A stretch of 62,713 nucleotides of DNA, the filler included. It is 8 parts of 8 records of this genome, joined end to end, with 100 filler letters (N's around TTAATTAATTAA, not from the genome) between each part and the next. Parts side by side here need not be neighbours in the genome. Positions count along the whole stretch, not along the records: positions 56,047 to 62,713 come from SRR31156797_45290; 7 more parts are not named here. One strand, given 5' to 3'. Every line of letters starts with the position of its first letter. The first letter of the stretch is position 1. A program made the translations under genes and the position numbers. This document shows positions 60,758 to 62,713 of the stretch, piece by piece. The notes beneath the pieces are model-generated. The model worked only from the letters and a program-made list of their open reading frames with translations. It had not been told where the DNA came from and did no database searches.

Positions 60758-61753
60758 ATGAAGATCGAGTGGAAGATAATAGCAATTATAGGTTTATTTA
60801 TGTTGTCAATCCTTCTTTTCACAAATGCATCCGCCAGGGAGATGAAAAAAGAAATTATCTTAGGCTGCGAGACCAGTCTTTTAACAGCCCCTGTTTGGAT
60901 CGCAGAAAAAAACGGATATTTTCAAGAAGAGGGGGTCAATGTAAAAATAATCAGGTTTGATTCGGGAAAAGCTTCTTTTGTTGCAATGTTGAATAAAGGG
61001 AACATCGACATCTGTACGGTTGCTCAGACGCCGATTATGTTTGAAAGCTTCAATAGAAATGATTTCGCCATTATGGCGGCGATGGTTACTTCCGATAATG
61101 ATGTTAAGGTACTTGTCCGCCGGGACAGAGGGATCAAAAGCGCTTCAGATCTAAGAGGTAAAAGGGTGGGGATAACCAAAGGCTCCACAGGAGAATTTTT
61201 TTTAGATCTCTTTTTGATTTATAAAGGCGTTCTCTCTTCCGAGGTTGAAACCGTTGATGCAACGCCGTCGGAACTGCCGCAAGCGCTGGTTAAAGGGCGC
61301 GTGGACGCAATCTGTACATGGGAACCGCATATTCTAAGGGCAAAGGAACTGTTAGGCGGGAAAGCGTTGGTCATGCCGAGCAAGGGGTATTACCGCGAGG
61401 ATTTCTATTTTGCGGCAAACAAGAAATTTATTAAAAATTATCCGGAAGGGTTAAAGAAGTTTTTAAGTGCCATCATAAGAGCCGAAGAATTCATAAATAA
61501 AAACGAAAATAATGCAATAAAAATCATTTCCAAGCAATTGAAACTAAATAAGGGCCTAGCGGATTTGATCTGGCCCGAATTTAACTTTCAATTGATTCTG
61601 GATCAAACCATATTGATTTCCCTGGAAGATGAAGCCCGGTGGGCAATAAAGAGGGGACTTACAGACAAAAAAGAGGTCCCCAATTATCTCGATTTTCTCT
61701 TTATGGATGCGTTGGAACAGATAAAACCGAGGGCGGTAACGATAATACGATAG
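60758..61753 (+). CDS. NrtA/SsuA-family periplasmic substrate-binding protein
   Basis: Signal peptide; IAEKNGYF.EEG, DLRGKRVG...GS, VDAICTWEP. Confidence 0.9.
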   Translation: MKIEWKIIAIIGLFMLSILLFTNASAREMKKEIILGCETSLLTAPVWIAEKNGYFQEEGVNVKIIRFDSGKASFVAMLNKGNIDICTVAQTPIMFESFNRNDFAIMAAMVTSDNDVKVLVRRDRGIKSASDLRGKRVGITKGSTGEFFLDLFLIYKGVLSSEVETVDATPSELPQALVKGRVDAICTWEPHILRAKELLGGKALVMPSKGYYREDFYFAANKKFIKNYPEGLKKFLSAIIRAEEFINKNENNAIKIISKQLKLNKGLADLIWPEFNFQLILDQTILISLEDEARWAIKRGLTDKKEVPNYLDFLFMDALEQIKPRAVTIIR

Positions 61754-61775
61754 TAAGATTTACGGGAGAAACAAA

Positions 61776-62713
61776 GTGAAAATTAAAACCAGGCTAATCT
61801 TATTATCTCTAACCTTTGCCGTTTTGCTTATAGCGATGGGTCTGTTAACGGTTGAGACTTTAAGCCTGACAAACAAAGCAATTAAAGAAAGCCGTGATGC
61901 CAATCTGATGATCAAGGATGTGTTTGAATTGAATATGGTTACCTATCAATACATAATGCATCATGAAAAAAGGATGCAGCAACAATGGCGGCTAAAATAC
62001 CGTTCATTCGGCACATTACTGGATAGAATGGGGGAGGAAGCGTCACATGCGGAATGTCAACCGATACTTGCAAGTATAATGTCGGATTATAAAGCTCTCG
62101 GCATTCTGTTTTCACAGCTCCAAGCCAATTTCGCCAAAAGAAAAAGCCTCATAAAGGAAAATAGGTCTAATGTGCAAATCAATATGACCTTTACCGTAGA
62201 AGAGAGGCTGATGACCCAAACGTTGATGAGAGCCCAAAAGATAGTGTCAGGCGCTCTTGAAGTTTCCGACACAATGGACATAAGCATAAACGGGCTTCAG
62301 CAAAGAGCTAATTTGATCGTTTTAATGTCCATAATCGGGTTTGTTGTTTTGTCCATATGCATTTCATTCTTTACGGTCAAGAGTATTACCGTGCCCATCA
62401 GTATGCTTGTGAAAGGTTCGGAAATCGTCGGCGCCGGAAATCTGGAACATAGACTGGGCACAGGGGCGAAGGATGAAATAGGCCAACTTTCCCGGGCCTT
62501 TGAACAAATGATTGCAAACTTAAAAGAAACAACCGCATCACGAGACGAACTGGAAAAGGAAGTGATTGAGCGTAAGCGGGCTGAAAAGAATATCAAGCAC
62601 CTGAATCTTGTTCTGGGAGCCATCCGGGATGTGAATCAGCTTATTGTGAAGGAGAAAGATCGTCTTCGTCTAATTCAAGCGGCATGCAGAATCCTTTTTG
62701 AGACAGGCGCTTA
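61776..62713 (+). CDS. Membrane sensor protein with two TM helices, HAMP and a GAF-like start (3' truncated)
   Basis: Not in the ORF track; GTG start MKIKTRLILL...; HAMP ITVPISML...GNLEHRL...DEIGQLSRAFEQM; then ERKRAE...AIRDVNQLI. Confidence 0.85.
   Translation, partial: MKIKTRLILLSLTFAVLLIAMGLLTVETLSLTNKAIKESRDANLMIKDVFELNMVTYQYIMHHEKRMQQQWRLKYRSFGTLLDRMGEEASHAECQPILASIMSDYKALGILFSQLQANFAKRKSLIKENRSNVQINMTFTVEERLMTQTLMRAQKIVSGALEVSDTMDISINGLQQRANLIVLMSIIGFVVLSICISFFTVKSITVPISMLVKGSEIVGAGNLEHRLGTGAKDEIGQLSRAFEQMIANLKETTASRDELEKEVIERKRAEKNIKHLNLVLGAIRDVNQLIVKEKDRLRLIQAACRILFETGA

Overview
This window is not one locus. It is eight unrelated contigs joined by seven artificial 100-nt spacers (44 N, TTAATTAATTAA, 44 N), so synteny holds only within a contig. 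Taxa below are inferred from GC content and gene style. (1) 1-9213, high-GC alphaproteobacterial-like: pyrE-like, M20 amidohydrolase, ABC permease, recX, MscS, arsC, glnK-amtB with sigma54/NtrC-like sites, HAD. (2) 9314-16286, AT-rich Bacteroidota-like: gnd, pdxB, a degenerate 21-bp tandem array and two related exported TlpA-type proteins. (3) 16387-22304, deltaproteobacterial-like: YceI, REC-PAS protein, MocR regulator, small membrane proteins, SpoIIE phosphatase. (4) 22405-27738: HtrA protease, TIGR03960/TIGR03936-type radical SAM fusion, RNase G, rpmH, rnpA. (5) 27839-34728, alphaproteobacterial-like: gmhA, hldE, membrane methyltransferase-like protein, class A PBP, gyrB. (6) 34829-46296, Desulfobacterota-like: NrtA-fold protein, 2-hydroxyacyl-CoA dehydratase pair, TetR, crotonase, SDR, divergent KamA-family aminomutase, ispD, HPr fusion, minimal SufCB (SMS), 3' part of rnpB. 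(7) 46397-55946: rdgB, nitroreductase, B12 radical SAM, ampG, DUF6178-like, MBL hydrolase, crotonase, nadE, lysA. (8) 56047-62713: hybrid kinase end, MEMO/AmrB, sigma54 activator, ABM protein, solute-binding protein, HAMP sensor. I saw no CRISPR array, transposase, tRNA or rRNA. The best candidates for undescribed biology are the KamA-like aminomutase with altered substrate residues beside an acyl-CoA catabolic cluster (with a strong-RBS 16-codon upstream ORF), the 21-bp periodic array, and several uncharacterised domain fusions. All calls come from motif recognition by eye; no database searches were run.
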